From: Nitrospirota bacterium
Lineage (GTDB): Bacteria > Nitrospirota > UBA9217
Direction of reading: 5' to 3'
Assembly (NCBI GenBank): GCA_963840455.1
Contig: CAWIYV010000007.1
Coordinates: 1 to 64,000, forward strand
DNA length: 64,000 nucleotides
The notes beneath the pieces are model-generated. The model was not told where the DNA came from. It searched no databases and worked only from the letters and a program-made list of their open reading frames with translations. Every line of letters begins with the position of its first letter. The stretch's first letter is position 1. A program made the translations under genes and the position numbers. Below, piece after piece: positions 19,704 to 29,481 of this stretch.

Positions 19704-20694
19704 CAACAGCTCTCCTCAGGGCGTCGGGCGTCCATTCCTCCTTTTTCCATGTCTTGTCAGGGTCATACTTCTTCATTGCCTTTGCGATCTTGTCCGTCTT
19801 TGGCCCCAGGTCCTTCTCATACACCATGCCCTCCTGGTTCACGATCAGGGTCATGATCCCTGACTTCCCGTACTCGGCAGGATATGCCACCAGACCGAAT
19901 CCAGCCACCATCCTGCCTTTGATTATGTAGTCGAGCTCGCCGCCAGGGGCATTGCTGCCCTGACCTTTCAGGATCTTGAAATAGTATCCGTGGTAGGGGG
20001 CTGGCTTCTCACCTTTTTTCTTGAATATGTATCCCTCCTCTGTTGCACGGGCGAACAATGGTCCCAGGGGGCTCGCCTCCTCGCCCGGCGCAGCCTCCCA
20101 GTACAAGCCATCCTTCTTTCCCGCATGGCTCACAAATTTCCTGGCGTATTGTAATACCCCGTCGCCATCTCGGTCCTTGCTTGCATATTCATATTGCGCG
20201 TCCACATATGCCAGGGCGACCTGGATGGCGTTCATTTCGTTCCTTCCTATGCCCCGGTTTATGATCTCTTCCTTGCCGTCTTCCGTGAAAAAAACCCATC
20301 CTTGCGGAGATTTCACCAGGGGGACGGGGAAGATTGACTCGTTTTTTCCGAGAAGGACAAGCATTGTCTCATCGTCCAACTTGGAGAACTTGACCGCATC
20401 TCCGGCAGATCTAACGAAATGTTCACGGGCCTCCTTGTCGGCTGCCGCATTACCCGAGGATATGATATCCTTTCCCGAAGGTCCGTAGATGGACAGTAAT
20501 TCCGTGGTATCATTGTTCTTCGTGGCCTCAAGGAGCGCACTGAATGCAGCTTCCGGCGACTTGAACTTTTTCCGCTCTATGTCCTGGGCAAACGCAAGAA
20601 AACTGAAGACGATCACGCCAATAACAGCGGTGAATGCTGCTCGGCCAAAAGGGCCATGAAAAAGATCTCTTGATCTCGTGCTATTTCTATCCAT
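19675..20694 (-). CDS. DUF2950 family protein
   Basis: FKSPEAA, IGRNE, YVDAQYEY, DGLYW, PYHGYYFKIL, AYPAEYGKSGIMT, YEKDLG. Confidence 0.92.
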   Translation of the reverse strand: MDRNSTRSRDLFHGPFGRAAFTAVIGVIVFSFLAFAQDIERKKFKSPEAAFSALLEATKNNDTTELLSIYGPSGKDIISSGNAAADKEAREHFVRSAGDAVKFSKLDDETMLVLLGKNESIFPVPLVKSPQGWVFFTEDGKEEIINRGIGRNEMNAIQVALAYVDAQYEYASKDRDGDGVLQYARKFVSHAGKKDGLYWEAAPGEEASPLGPLFARATEEGYIFKKKGEKPAPYHGYYFKILKGQGSNAPGGELDYIIKGRMVAGFGLVAYPAEYGKSGIMTLIVNQEGMVYEKDLGPKTDKIAKAMKKYDPDKTWKKEEWTPDALRRAVVNPGVSASP

Positions 20695-20791
20695 CGTTCC
20701 TTCCTCCATCTCCGAGTGATCTCATGATGATTTCCCTTCGCTCGATACGGCCAAAAGCAGATGTGCTGGCTGAGGCTTTGCAGAGTTCCCC

Positions 20792-21943
20792 TTAACGACG
20801 CGCTCCACCATGGAAGCCTCCACCATCGCCGCCGGGACCTCCTTGTACGGCACCACGGGTACCACCACTGGCACCTCGTCCACCCTGAGTCTGACGGGGA
20901 GCACTAGGGGAAACCGCACGGCCGCCACGGCCGCCAGGGACTTGATTCGTGATGCGGCCCGCATTGGAACGGCTTTGGAATCCGCGGTCGCTCGCGGCCC
21001 GCTCGAACTGGCTGTTACGCGGGCGCTGATATGCACTTGGACGAGTTCCGGAAGGAGGCCTTTGTCCATAACCTCGAAAAACTCTGCTGGCCCCCGTCGA
21101 TGCACCTCCCTGGCTTCTCTTGAGAATAGCTTGAGCCCCGCTCCGCGCCGAAGGACTGGACAATCCTGCGCCTCTCCTGTCGGGTAGTGTCCCTCCATGA
21201 GCTCTGTTCGCCGGATCGATCCTGGAAATCCCGCCTGTTCTGACATCGCGGTAATGATTGCTGACATATCCGCCATGCTCTCCATGTCCATACCCATACC
21301 CGTGCCCATATCCGTGCCCATACCCGTACCCCCCCACGTGAAAGTCGACCAGTACATAAAATCCGGGGTACCAGAAACTCCACCACCAGAACGGATAGGG
21401 GACCCACGAATACATATACGCATAATCGGGCGGCGGAGCATAGTAGGTCACAACAGGCGGTCCCTCATCATAGTAATAATTATTAATGATGGGAGATTCG
21501 GGATAATTCGTTGCAGGAGCGGTACTGCCTTGCTGGATCGGAGCACCGGTTTTTATTGACAAATTATACCCCGACAGCACCTCCTGTGACGCTTTCATCG
21601 CGGCATCTTTCCCGATCGCTAATTTGCCCGCATTCGCCGCTTCTGCGATGGAGGTCTGCAATTCTCCAACAATATCCGGTGTAACCGGGTAATCGGCAAT
21701 CCACCCATTCCGTGGTTCAATACCAACAGAGCTCAATAAACTCTCGGCTTCAGTTTCACTTGATACCGTGCCAAGTTTAAGCGCATCCGTTAATTTGACG
21801 GCAAAATCGCCTTCACGAACAAGAGGTTGTGCTATCGGCGGTTTTTCGTCTGGTATACCCGCTGGCTGTGCAAATGCCGAACCGGACATCAGGAGCAGAC
21901 CGCTTGCCATGAATATAAAGGATCTATAGAGTAACCTTGTCAT
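20792..21943 (-). CDS. Secreted hypothetical protein with a Tyr/Trp/Pro-rich segment and a Gly/Arg-rich disordered tail
   Basis: Signal peptide ending AFA; RBS AAAGGAG; GYGHGYGH repeats; directly upstream of DUF2950. Confidence 0.8.
   Translation of the reverse strand: MTRLLYRSFIFMASGLLLMSGSAFAQPAGIPDEKPPIAQPLVREGDFAVKLTDALKLGTVSSETEAESLLSSVGIEPRNGWIADYPVTPDIVGELQTSIAEAANAGKLAIGKDAAMKASQEVLSGYNLSIKTGAPIQQGSTAPATNYPESPIINNYYYDEGPPVVTYYAPPPDYAYMYSWVPYPFWWWSFWYPGFYVLVDFHVGGYGYGHGYGHGYGYGHGEHGGYVSNHYRDVRTGGISRIDPANRAHGGTLPDRRGAGLSSPSARSGAQAILKRSQGGASTGASRVFRGYGQRPPSGTRPSAYQRPRNSQFERAASDRGFQSRSNAGRITNQVPGGRGGRAVSPSAPRQTQGGRGASGGTRGAVQGGPGGDGGGFHGGARR
21283..21335 (-). repeat. Hexamer-period coding repeat (GYGH)
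   Basis: ccatacccatacccgtgcccatatccgtgcccatacccgtaccc. Confidence 0.7.
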
Positions 21944-22075
21944 TGTTAACTCCTTTTTCAATACCAAGACCTCACTATATATATTATGCTACTAATTTGA
22001 CCCTGGATTCCCCCTTTTGTTGAAAATATATAAAAAAGCTTTTACCTTAATATTTGTGTAAAATGAGTAAAGATC

Positions 22076-22300
22076 GGTTAGGGTCTTGCTTTTTGACATT
22101 TGATCTTCTTTCTATTAATTCTTCTTTCAGCTACTGATCGACTTCGCTTGTCCGTTCTGCTAACTTATGGCAAGGAGCCCCGAAAACGATCCGGCATCGG
22201 AACATCCTAAGGACGATCATTTGAGCGGGGCACCCTCAGGCCGTTCGACAGCCCCTGATATTGCCATGGTGAAAAAACAGAGGATCGGCCTTGCGCTCGA
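22076..22300 (+). pseudogene. Degenerate duplicate of the patatin promoter and 5' end (source 23312-23537)
   Basis: Colinear blocks: tttgacatt, ct.ctgat.gactt, aacgatccggca, attgccatggtgaaaaaa, gatcggccttgcgctcg. Confidence 0.85.
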
Positions 22301-22492
22301 AACACGATGCATCGGGTTGTACGAAAGCTTTGGACAGGATAAAAGAAGAGGACGCTGGTCCGCAGGGCCAGGACGCTCATTACCGGGTCCCGGCGCCAAC
22401 AGGGGGTACTGCTGCCGAAGGATCCCCTTGGGTCCATGAGAGAACGCACTCCCTGCGGCTTGCTTAGGGTGCTTCAAAAATGGGCGCTTTTC

Positions 22493-22520
22493 TTGACATT
22501 ATCCAAGATCGAGATATAAT
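22493..22520 (+). promoter_or_regulatory. Consensus sigma70 promoter
   Basis: TTGACA (22493-22498), N16, TATAAT (22515-22520). Confidence 0.75.
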
Positions 22521-22616
22521 TGAAAAAATTACTTGTTTTGGACACGATGTTTCGAGGAATCCTCGCAGGTTCATGCGGGAACAGGGGCAACAAGATAGAT
22601 GAGGAAGGAGGAACCC

Positions 22617-23138
22617 ATGCGGCCATTCACAGCAGAAGCGGCAGAACAGGTCATCAGCCTCCTGTGCTTCAGCAGGACCGAGGATAGGCATCATCACGGC
22701 CCGCACGCGAAATCCGCTGCAGGGGCAGGGGCCTTCCGGCTTGCCGTAGCCGTGAACGAGGGTGCACCCCGCCTGGCGCTGTCCGACAACTATGATCCGG
22801 CCAGGTATAGAACGATAACCGTCGAGGCCGCCATGAAGGAGGGATTCCTCGATCCGTCGTGGGAGGACCTTGCCACCAAGCTTTATCTCAACGATCAGGA
22901 CCTTCTCTATCTGTGCCTCTTGAGCAGCAAAGAGCCGGTCCAATTGCGGTTCAGCGATATCGCGCGGGTGAAGGCCTACCGGGACCAGCACACTGACAAG
23001 GCCAGGGCCGCCAAGTTCACCTACATGCCACGGCGGCCCAATGATCATATGCGGTCTGTTCCCCGCACTTCCGGCGGCGGACAGGGGGGCCGGCAAATGA
23101 AGGGTGCGAACCTGCACAAGAGGGCCAAGGCCTCTTAG
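22617..23138 (+). CDS. Hypothetical protein with a basic C-terminal tail
   Basis: RBS AAGGAGG, consensus promoter upstream, genome-like codon usage; no family recognised. Confidence 0.7.
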   Translation: MRPFTAEAAEQVISLLCFSRTEDRHHHGPHAKSAAGAGAFRLAVAVNEGAPRLALSDNYDPARYRTITVEAAMKEGFLDPSWEDLATKLYLNDQDLLYLCLLSSKEPVQLRFSDIARVKAYRDQHTDKARAAKFTYMPRRPNDHMRSVPRTSGGGQGGRQMKGANLHKRAKAS

Positions 23139-23499
23139 GGCAGTGCGAAGAAGGCTCGCTGCTTTCCGGGCACTCCCGACGCGTTCGCATGCTGAAGGGA
23201 TCGATCCTGGTCCTCCCATGTCCCGGGAATCGTCGGGGTCCAATGGATCGTGTTCGAAGAGCCGCACTCTCCCTGACATGCCGCATCTCTTTCATTCCTA
23301 TCGGACCCGCAGGTTCAGGTCTTTCCCTTTGACATTCGCTCTCATGTCTAATGGTTCTTCTATCCGCTGCTGATTGACTTCTCTTGTCCCGCTTGCTACG
23401 TTATTACAAGGAATCCCAGGAACGATCCGGCAGCGAACCATCTCAGGGCCAATCAGGTAAAGGGCGACTTCAAAACGTTCGGCATGCCCTGACATTGCC

Positions 23500-24432
23500 A
23501 TGGTGAAAAAAAAGCAGAAGATCGGCCTTGCGCTCGGAAGCGGGTCTGCCCGGGGCTGGGCGCATATCGGCGTCATCGAAGCGCTGACAGGGGCCGGCGT
23601 TGAGATCGATTGCGTAGCGGGCACCAGCATCGGCGCGGTCGTTGGCGCGGTCTTCGCGTCCGGCAATCTTGACAGCCTGAAAGAGGTCGTCCTGCAATTC
23701 GACTGGAAGCAGATCCTGGGCTTTCTTGATGTTGTCTTCCCCAAATCAGGGCTCATTGACGGCAAGAAGGTGACCGATTTCCTCAGGCATCACATGCGGG
23801 AAAAGGCCATTGAGGACCTTGCCACGCCGTTCTGCGCCGTATCAACGAACCTTGCCGACGGACAGGAAGTGGTCATCAGCAAAGGTGACCTCATAGAAGC
23901 AGTGCGGGCGAGCATATCTCTTCCCGGGATCTTCACGCCCGTAAAGAAAGATGGCATGGTCCTTATTGACGGCGGCCTGGTCGACCCGGTCCCGGTAAGC
24001 GTTGTCCGGGCCATGGGCGCGGATTACGTCATTGCCGTGGACCTCAATTCCGACATTGTGAGCAGGAGAGGTACTGGCAGAATGTCCCAGCCAATTCACG
24101 CCGATGCGGGCTCCGGACGGATCACTCGGAGCAAAGTTCTTGCTGAATTGAACAAGAAGGTCGCGGCGCTCAGGCAGCAGGCTATGACCCAGGCAGGGCA
24201 ATGGCTGTCCCGGGACCCCATGCCGAACATCTTTGAAGTGCTGCAGGAATCGATCCATATCATGGAGGCGAGGATCACGGAGACACGGCTTCGGCTCGAC
24301 CCGCCTGACCTGCTGATACAGCCGAACCTGGGCCACATCAGATTGATGGAGTTCAACCGGGCGCAGGAAGCCATCGATGCGGGATATAAGGAGACCATGA
24401 GAAAGGCCGGAGGCCTGATCGCAAAACAGTGA
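23500..24432 (+). CDS. rssA: Patatin-like phospholipase, RssA type
   Basis: GSGSARGWAHIG, GTSIG nucleophile, DGG motif. Confidence 0.9.
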   Translation: MVKKKQKIGLALGSGSARGWAHIGVIEALTGAGVEIDCVAGTSIGAVVGAVFASGNLDSLKEVVLQFDWKQILGFLDVVFPKSGLIDGKKVTDFLRHHMREKAIEDLATPFCAVSTNLADGQEVVISKGDLIEAVRASISLPGIFTPVKKDGMVLIDGGLVDPVPVSVVRAMGADYVIAVDLNSDIVSRRGTGRMSQPIHADAGSGRITRSKVLAELNKKVAALRQQAMTQAGQWLSRDPMPNIFEVLQESIHIMEARITETRLRLDPPDLLIQPNLGHIRLMEFNRAQEAIDAGYKETMRKAGGLIAKQ

Positions 24433-24562
24433 CCTCCGGGGCCGATGCATTGCCGCAACGACGCGGCGGACAGGTCGCCTGAACTGAGGTGGACGGCCTC
24501 CTGACAAGGCTGTCAAGCCGGTGGCACGTATCGCCCTCGGCCTTTTTCCGCAAAGGGAAACC

Positions 24563-25597
24563 ATGAACGCAGCCTATCTCTACTCCGATGCATTCCACCG
24601 CTTCGATTACGGGGTCAGCCATCCGTTAAAGACCTTCCGCCTCAAGCTTACCCATGAGCTCATCAAGGCCTGCGGCCTGCTCGATCCTGATGATCCGCGG
24701 GTGATCGTGCCTGCTCCTGCGAAGCGGGAGGACCTCCTGGCATTCCATTCCCCGGAGTACATCGACATGCTGGATGCTTCGAACAGCGGGAAGGCAATTC
24801 CCGGCGCCGAGGCGTACGGGCTCGGATACGGCGACAACCCGGTCTTCCCCGGGATGTTCGACTGGTCGCTCCTGGTGGCCGGTGCATCGCTCAAGGCCGC
24901 TGACCTCGTTGATAGCGGGGAAGCAAGGACCGCTTTCAACATCAGCGGCGGCCTGCACCACGCGCTCCCTTTTCGGGCCTCGGGGTTCTGCTACATCAAC
25001 GACCCGGTGCTCGCCATCACGCTGCTTTTGGCACGGGGAAGACGGGTGGCCTATATCGACATCGATGCCCACCACGGCGACGGCGTGCAGGCCGCGTTCT
25101 ACGATACGGACAAGGTCCTGACCATCTCCCTGCACGAGACAGGAACGACGCTCTTTCCGGGCACGGGTTTCGAGCAGGAGACCGGCGAAGGGGCAGGGAA
25201 GGGGTATAGCGTGAACGTTCCGCTGCCGCCGGAGGCAGGGGACGAACTGTTCGTCCGTGCCTTCACCGAGGCAGTTCCGCAGCGCATCGAACGGTTCAGG
25301 CCTGATGTGATCGTTAGCCAGCTCGGCGTGGATACGTTCCGGAGCGATCCGCTGGCGCACCTGAACGTCACGACCGAGGGGTTCTGCACCATGGTGGGGA
25401 TGATCAAGTCGCTTGCCCCGAAATGGGTCGCCCTGGGAGGAGGCGGGTACGACGTAGCGAACGTTGCCCGGGCCTGGACGCTTGCATGGGCCATCATGAA
25501 CGATGTCCAGGCGCCTGATGAGATCCCCCTGTCCTTCCTGCAGCAGTTCAGCGGAGCAGGGTTCCCGGACAGGAACCTCCGTGATGCACGCCGCTAG
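24563..25597 (+). CDS. acuC: Acetoin utilization AcuC / histone deacetylase family protein
   Basis: HPLK...RL, GGLHHA, SGFCY, DIDAHHGDGVQ, FPGTG, GGGGY. Confidence 0.9.
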   Translation: MNAAYLYSDAFHRFDYGVSHPLKTFRLKLTHELIKACGLLDPDDPRVIVPAPAKREDLLAFHSPEYIDMLDASNSGKAIPGAEAYGLGYGDNPVFPGMFDWSLLVAGASLKAADLVDSGEARTAFNISGGLHHALPFRASGFCYINDPVLAITLLLARGRRVAYIDIDAHHGDGVQAAFYDTDKVLTISLHETGTTLFPGTGFEQETGEGAGKGYSVNVPLPPEAGDELFVRAFTEAVPQRIERFRPDVIVSQLGVDTFRSDPLAHLNVTTEGFCTMVGMIKSLAPKWVALGGGGYDVANVARAWTLAWAIMNDVQAPDEIPLSFLQQFSGAGFPDRNLRDARR

Positions 25598-25688
25598 GTT
25601 CTCGGAACAGGGGTCGCGGAACTGAAGGTCAGGTCCTGGGATCGGACATTCGTTTCTTCCTTTTGATCATTCCCATCGAGGAGTTCCC

Positions 25689-26015
25689 ATGTTCAAGAAA
25701 CAGGATGCATTGGGCTACGTGAAAGCCCTGGACAAGATAACGAGGAAGACGCTGGTCTACGGGGCCAAAACACTGATGACCGAGTTTCGGCTCGAGAGGG
25801 GGGCCCTGCTGCCGAAACACAAGCATCCTCATGAACAGACCGGCTACCTCGTGTCCGGCCGCATGGACCTCTCGATCGGCAGCGAAACACATGCGGTCTC
25901 GGCCGGAGACAGCTGGTGCATCCCCGGGGACGTGGAGCACAGCGCAATCGCCCGTGAGGACTCCGTTGCTCTCGAAGTATTCTGCCCGGTCCGGGAGGAC
26001 TATCTGCCCTCGTAG
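25689..26015 (+). CDS. Cupin domain protein
   Basis: HKHPHEQ...GDSWCIPGDVEH, FCPVREDY. Confidence 0.92.
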   Translation: MFKKQDALGYVKALDKITRKTLVYGAKTLMTEFRLERGALLPKHKHPHEQTGYLVSGRMDLSIGSETHAVSAGDSWCIPGDVEHSAIAREDSVALEVFCPVREDYLPS

Positions 26016-26236
26016 GATCATCCACCAGCGGGCCAGATCCTTGCTGTCGGCATGGACGGCGACAGTAATCGTCCGTCCCCAATTACCCCCAGTCAAAAAC
26101 CCTAGACCGATTATAAGGACGAATAGAGATCAAGGACGTGGGTTTTCGCCCCCATCCGCGCCTTGTTGCGCCGGCTTTCCCGTTTGACTTAGCGAGGGGG
26201 ATAGTTTATTATCAGCCCCAAGGAGCGCGATATTTC

Positions 26237-27286
26237 ATGCAGACCATATCATCATTCAAAGAAGGCGACTGGGTCGACGAGACGTACCTCGTCGTGAACA
26301 AACAGATATCCGTATCCAAGACCGGCGGGATGTACCTGTCCATAAAGCTCGCGGACAAGACCGGCGAGGTCGACGGGAAGATGTGGGACAACGCCGAGGA
26401 GGTCGCAGGAAGGTTCGAAAAAGAGGATTTCGTCCGCATCAAGGGCGTTGCCGCCAACTACCAGGGCATGATGCAGGTCAAGATGAAGGCGCTTGAGAAG
26501 GTCGATGATGCGAAGGTGGACCTTGCGAACTTCCTGGAGACCACGCCGAGGAACATCGACGAGATGGTGAAGGACCTGTCCGCGACGGCTGCGGGCATCG
26601 GGAACACCCACCTGCGCCAGCTCATGAACGCCTTCCTCGCTGACAGGGCGTTCATGGACAGCTTCCGGCGCGCCCCGGCCGCAAAGGCGCTGCACCACAA
26701 CTACATCGGCGGCCTGCTGGAGCATGTGGTGGAGCTCATCGCCCTTAGCCGCGATGTGGCGAAGCACTTTTCCGGCATCGACATGGACCTGGTGATCGTC
26801 GGTGCGTTCCTGCATGATATCGGGAAGGTGCGGGAGCTGTCGGTCAGGAAATCCATCGAGTACACGACCGAAGGCCGGCTGCTCGGCCACATCTCCCTGG
26901 GGTACGAAATGCTTGCCGACAAGATCAAGGCCATCCCGGGCTTCCCGGCTGAGCTCACGATGCTGCTGAAGCATATCATGCTGTCCCACCACGGGGAATA
27001 TGAGTTCGGGTCCCCCAAACGGCCCAAGATCCAGGAGGCCATCATCATCAACTATCTCGATGACCTGGCGGCAAAGATCAGCAACTTCCGCTCCACCCTG
27101 AAGAAAGAGAACGTCGAGGCCGGTGACTGGACCCATTACAGCAAGATGCATGACCGCTACCTGTATCGCCAGGCATCCTATGCGGCTGCGGAAGAGGCAG
27201 AGGTCTCCGGGCCCGGACCCGAGAGCGGAAAGAAAGGCAAGAAGACCGCAGCGGACGCTGACGCGACCGGAAAACTGCCGTTATAA
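26237..27286 (+). CDS. yhaM: 3'-5' exoribonuclease YhaM family (OB + HD)
   Basis: DKTG OB fold, PAAKALHHNYIGGLLEH, LHDIGK, SHHG...GSP. Confidence 0.9.
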   Translation: MQTISSFKEGDWVDETYLVVNKQISVSKTGGMYLSIKLADKTGEVDGKMWDNAEEVAGRFEKEDFVRIKGVAANYQGMMQVKMKALEKVDDAKVDLANFLETTPRNIDEMVKDLSATAAGIGNTHLRQLMNAFLADRAFMDSFRRAPAAKALHHNYIGGLLEHVVELIALSRDVAKHFSGIDMDLVIVGAFLHDIGKVRELSVRKSIEYTTEGRLLGHISLGYEMLADKIKAIPGFPAELTMLLKHIMLSHHGEYEFGSPKRPKIQEAIIINYLDDLAAKISNFRSTLKKENVEAGDWTHYSKMHDRYLYRQASYAAAEEAEVSGPGPESGKKGKKTAADADATGKLPL

Positions 27287-27425
27287 AGCAGGGCACAGGA
27301 GTCAGGAGTCAGTAAGGCAAAAGCATCGGGACGGTTTGGGGATGTGCAAATAACAATTGAACATGAAAATGATTTGATTCTTTAGCTAATAACTTCACCT
27401 CTCTTATTAAGAAAGAAACTATATT

Positions 27426-28331
27426 ATGCTGAACGTCATCCATTCCCTCCGTGAAGGCCTGGCAAAGACCCGGAAGAACATCTCCGACAGGATCGGCAGC
27501 ATCATCCTGGGAGAGAAGATCGACGAATCGTTCCTCGAAGAGCTCGAGGAAGCGTTGATCGCATCGGACGTCGGAACGCAGACCACTGCCCTGGTCCTTG
27601 CTGACCTGAAGGAGCGGTTCAAGCGGAACGAACTATCGTCATCCGACCAGGTGCGTGAACGGCTGAAACAGGTCCTGTTCGAGATCGTTTCCCGTGGTCC
27701 CGTGACGCTTTCATTGACCGGAACGCTCTCGGTCATCCTGATGGTGGGCGTCAACGGCACGGGCAAGACCACGACCATCGGCAAGCTGGCGCACCGGCTC
27801 CAGAAGGAAGGGAAGAAGGTCATGTTGGCAGCGGCGGACACGTTCCGGGCTGCGGCAGCGGAGCAGCTTGTGGTCTGGGGCGACAGGAACAACATCCCGG
27901 TGATCAAGCACAAGGAAGGCGCTGACCCGGGGGCCGTGGTGTTCGATGCGCTGGCGGCCGCCAAGGCGCGCGGCATGGAGGTCCTGATCGTGGACACGGC
28001 AGGCCGGCTCCATACGAAGTCGAACCTCATGGAGGAGCTGAAGAAGGTCCAGCGCATCCTTGCCCGTGAACTGCCGGGTGCTCCCCAGGAGACGCTGTTC
28101 GTGCTCGACGCCACAACGGGCCAGAACGCGCTTGCCCAGGCGAAGACGTTCCATCAGGCCATCGGCATCACCGGCATCGTGCTGACGAAGCTCGATGGCA
28201 CGCCCAAGGGCGGCATCGTGTTCGCCATCAACAAGGAGCTCGGCCTTCCCGTGAAGTTCGTCGGCATCGGGGAGGGGATCGAGGACCTGAAGGATTTCGA
28301 TCCGCGGGAGTTCGTGGACGCATTGCTGTAG
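27426..28331 (+). CDS. ftsY: SRP docking protein FtsY
   Basis: [30 protein letters not shown]. Confidence 0.97.
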   Translation: MLNVIHSLREGLAKTRKNISDRIGSIILGEKIDESFLEELEEALIASDVGTQTTALVLADLKERFKRNELSSSDQVRERLKQVLFEIVSRGPVTLSLTGTLSVILMVGVNGTGKTTTIGKLAHRLQKEGKKVMLAAADTFRAAAAEQLVVWGDRNNIPVIKHKEGADPGAVVFDALAAAKARGMEVLIVDTAGRLHTKSNLMEELKKVQRILARELPGAPQETLFVLDATTGQNALAQAKTFHQAIGITGIVLTKLDGTPKGGIVFAINKELGLPVKFVGIGEGIEDLKDFDPREFVDALL

Positions 28332-28431
28332 GAGCAGTGAATAGTCATTCGTGATCAGTGATTTAGGGATGGAGCTCTTGAGCATCAGTTTCTAATCGCT
28401 CATTACCAATCACTCAAGTACTGGTGTCCAC

Positions 28432-28713
28432 ATGGAAAGCATCCAGGTAGAGATATTCGGCCAGACCTACAGCATCAAGGCGGGGAACGACCCGGAATAT
28501 ATCCGGGAGCTCGCGGCGTTCGTCGACACGCGGATGAAGGACGTGCAGAAGGGGACCGGCACCGCAGACGGCTACAGGATCGCGATCCTTGCCGCCCTCA
28601 ATATCGCCGATGAACTGAACCGTATCCGGTCCCAGCACGATGCCTTCAGGAGTTCGACAGAGACCTCGCTCGACCGTTTGATCGAGCTGACGGAAAAGGC
28701 AGAGCGAAAATGA
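28432..28713 (+). CDS. zapA: Cell division protein ZapA
   Basis: VEIFGQTYSI...LAAFVD...ILAALNIADEL; precedes the 6S RNA. Confidence 0.93.
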   Translation: MESIQVEIFGQTYSIKAGNDPEYIRELAAFVDTRMKDVQKGTGTADGYRIAILAALNIADELNRIRSQHDAFRSSTETSLDRLIELTEKAERK

Positions 28714-28854
28714 CCCTTTCTGCAGCTGCCGGTAGATTCCATACTTGCCAACTAATTGATAATTAATAATAATGTGTTCCCTGTCGCACGCGTAATTTCA
28801 GAATGCTCTTGCCATTTGGAACGCTTTTTGGTATATATACAGCGTAGAAAAAAA

Positions 28855-29030
28855 GGTCCCCTGCATTGTGCGTGATTGATATAACTTGTGCCTCGTAAAT
28901 AATTTAATCGGGAGCTATCCCCGGGAAAGGGTGAGCACGCCCAGGCAAGACTGGGTAGCCTAACTTTTCCTATGGCGCCCACCTGGCAGAGACCAGGTCC
29001 AAGTTATCAGCACGGCAATAGTGGGGGACT
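28855..29030 (+). ncRNA. ssrS: 6S RNA
   Basis: ~175 nt rod: 5' gtcccc..tgcgtgattgatataacttg pairs with 3' caagttatcagcacg..ggggac; canonical position after zapA; promoter-like TTGCCA-N17-TATATA at 28809-28837. Confidence 0.85.
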
Positions 29031-29481
29031 TCTTTTATTCAGTTCGACCGGGGCATCGGTCCCGGCGGCAAAACGATCATAACGAGAGTAAAACGCGCAA
29101 AAAGGAGCGTCAAGTAAGGAAGGCTCCAGCGCTTTGATAGTGAATCCAGGCAACAGCGGAACCAGAAACGCCGATCATCGAGAGGTCCATCACGAAAGGT
29201 TCAGCGGTACCGCAGAAGACTTGAGTTTGCCGGCAGATACGCATGAATTTTATGGGAATTTTCAACGATACCACCATACACCGCAGGTCTGTATCGCCGG
29301 TGTTCTCGCAGGGATGTGTTGACGGAGCTTCGCGGCAGCGGACCTGTACAACAACATCCGGTGGCTTATTGTATCCGAACCCTGCGCGGTGAGCATTCCC
29401 TAGTTCTGCAGTTGTTCTCCGGCATCGACCGCTCTTGTCCCTTCACTGTCACGAGCTTTTCCAGCCTTCCCGAAGTTCCCC

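Noticed and set aside
22058-22071. CpxR-like GTAAA direct repeat
   Set aside because: Spacing is N4 in AT-rich DNA, too weak to call
24563-25597. AcuC as a dedicated PrpE depropionylase module
   Set aside because: Biochemically plausible, but the genes are 26 kb apart and no acyltransferase is in the window
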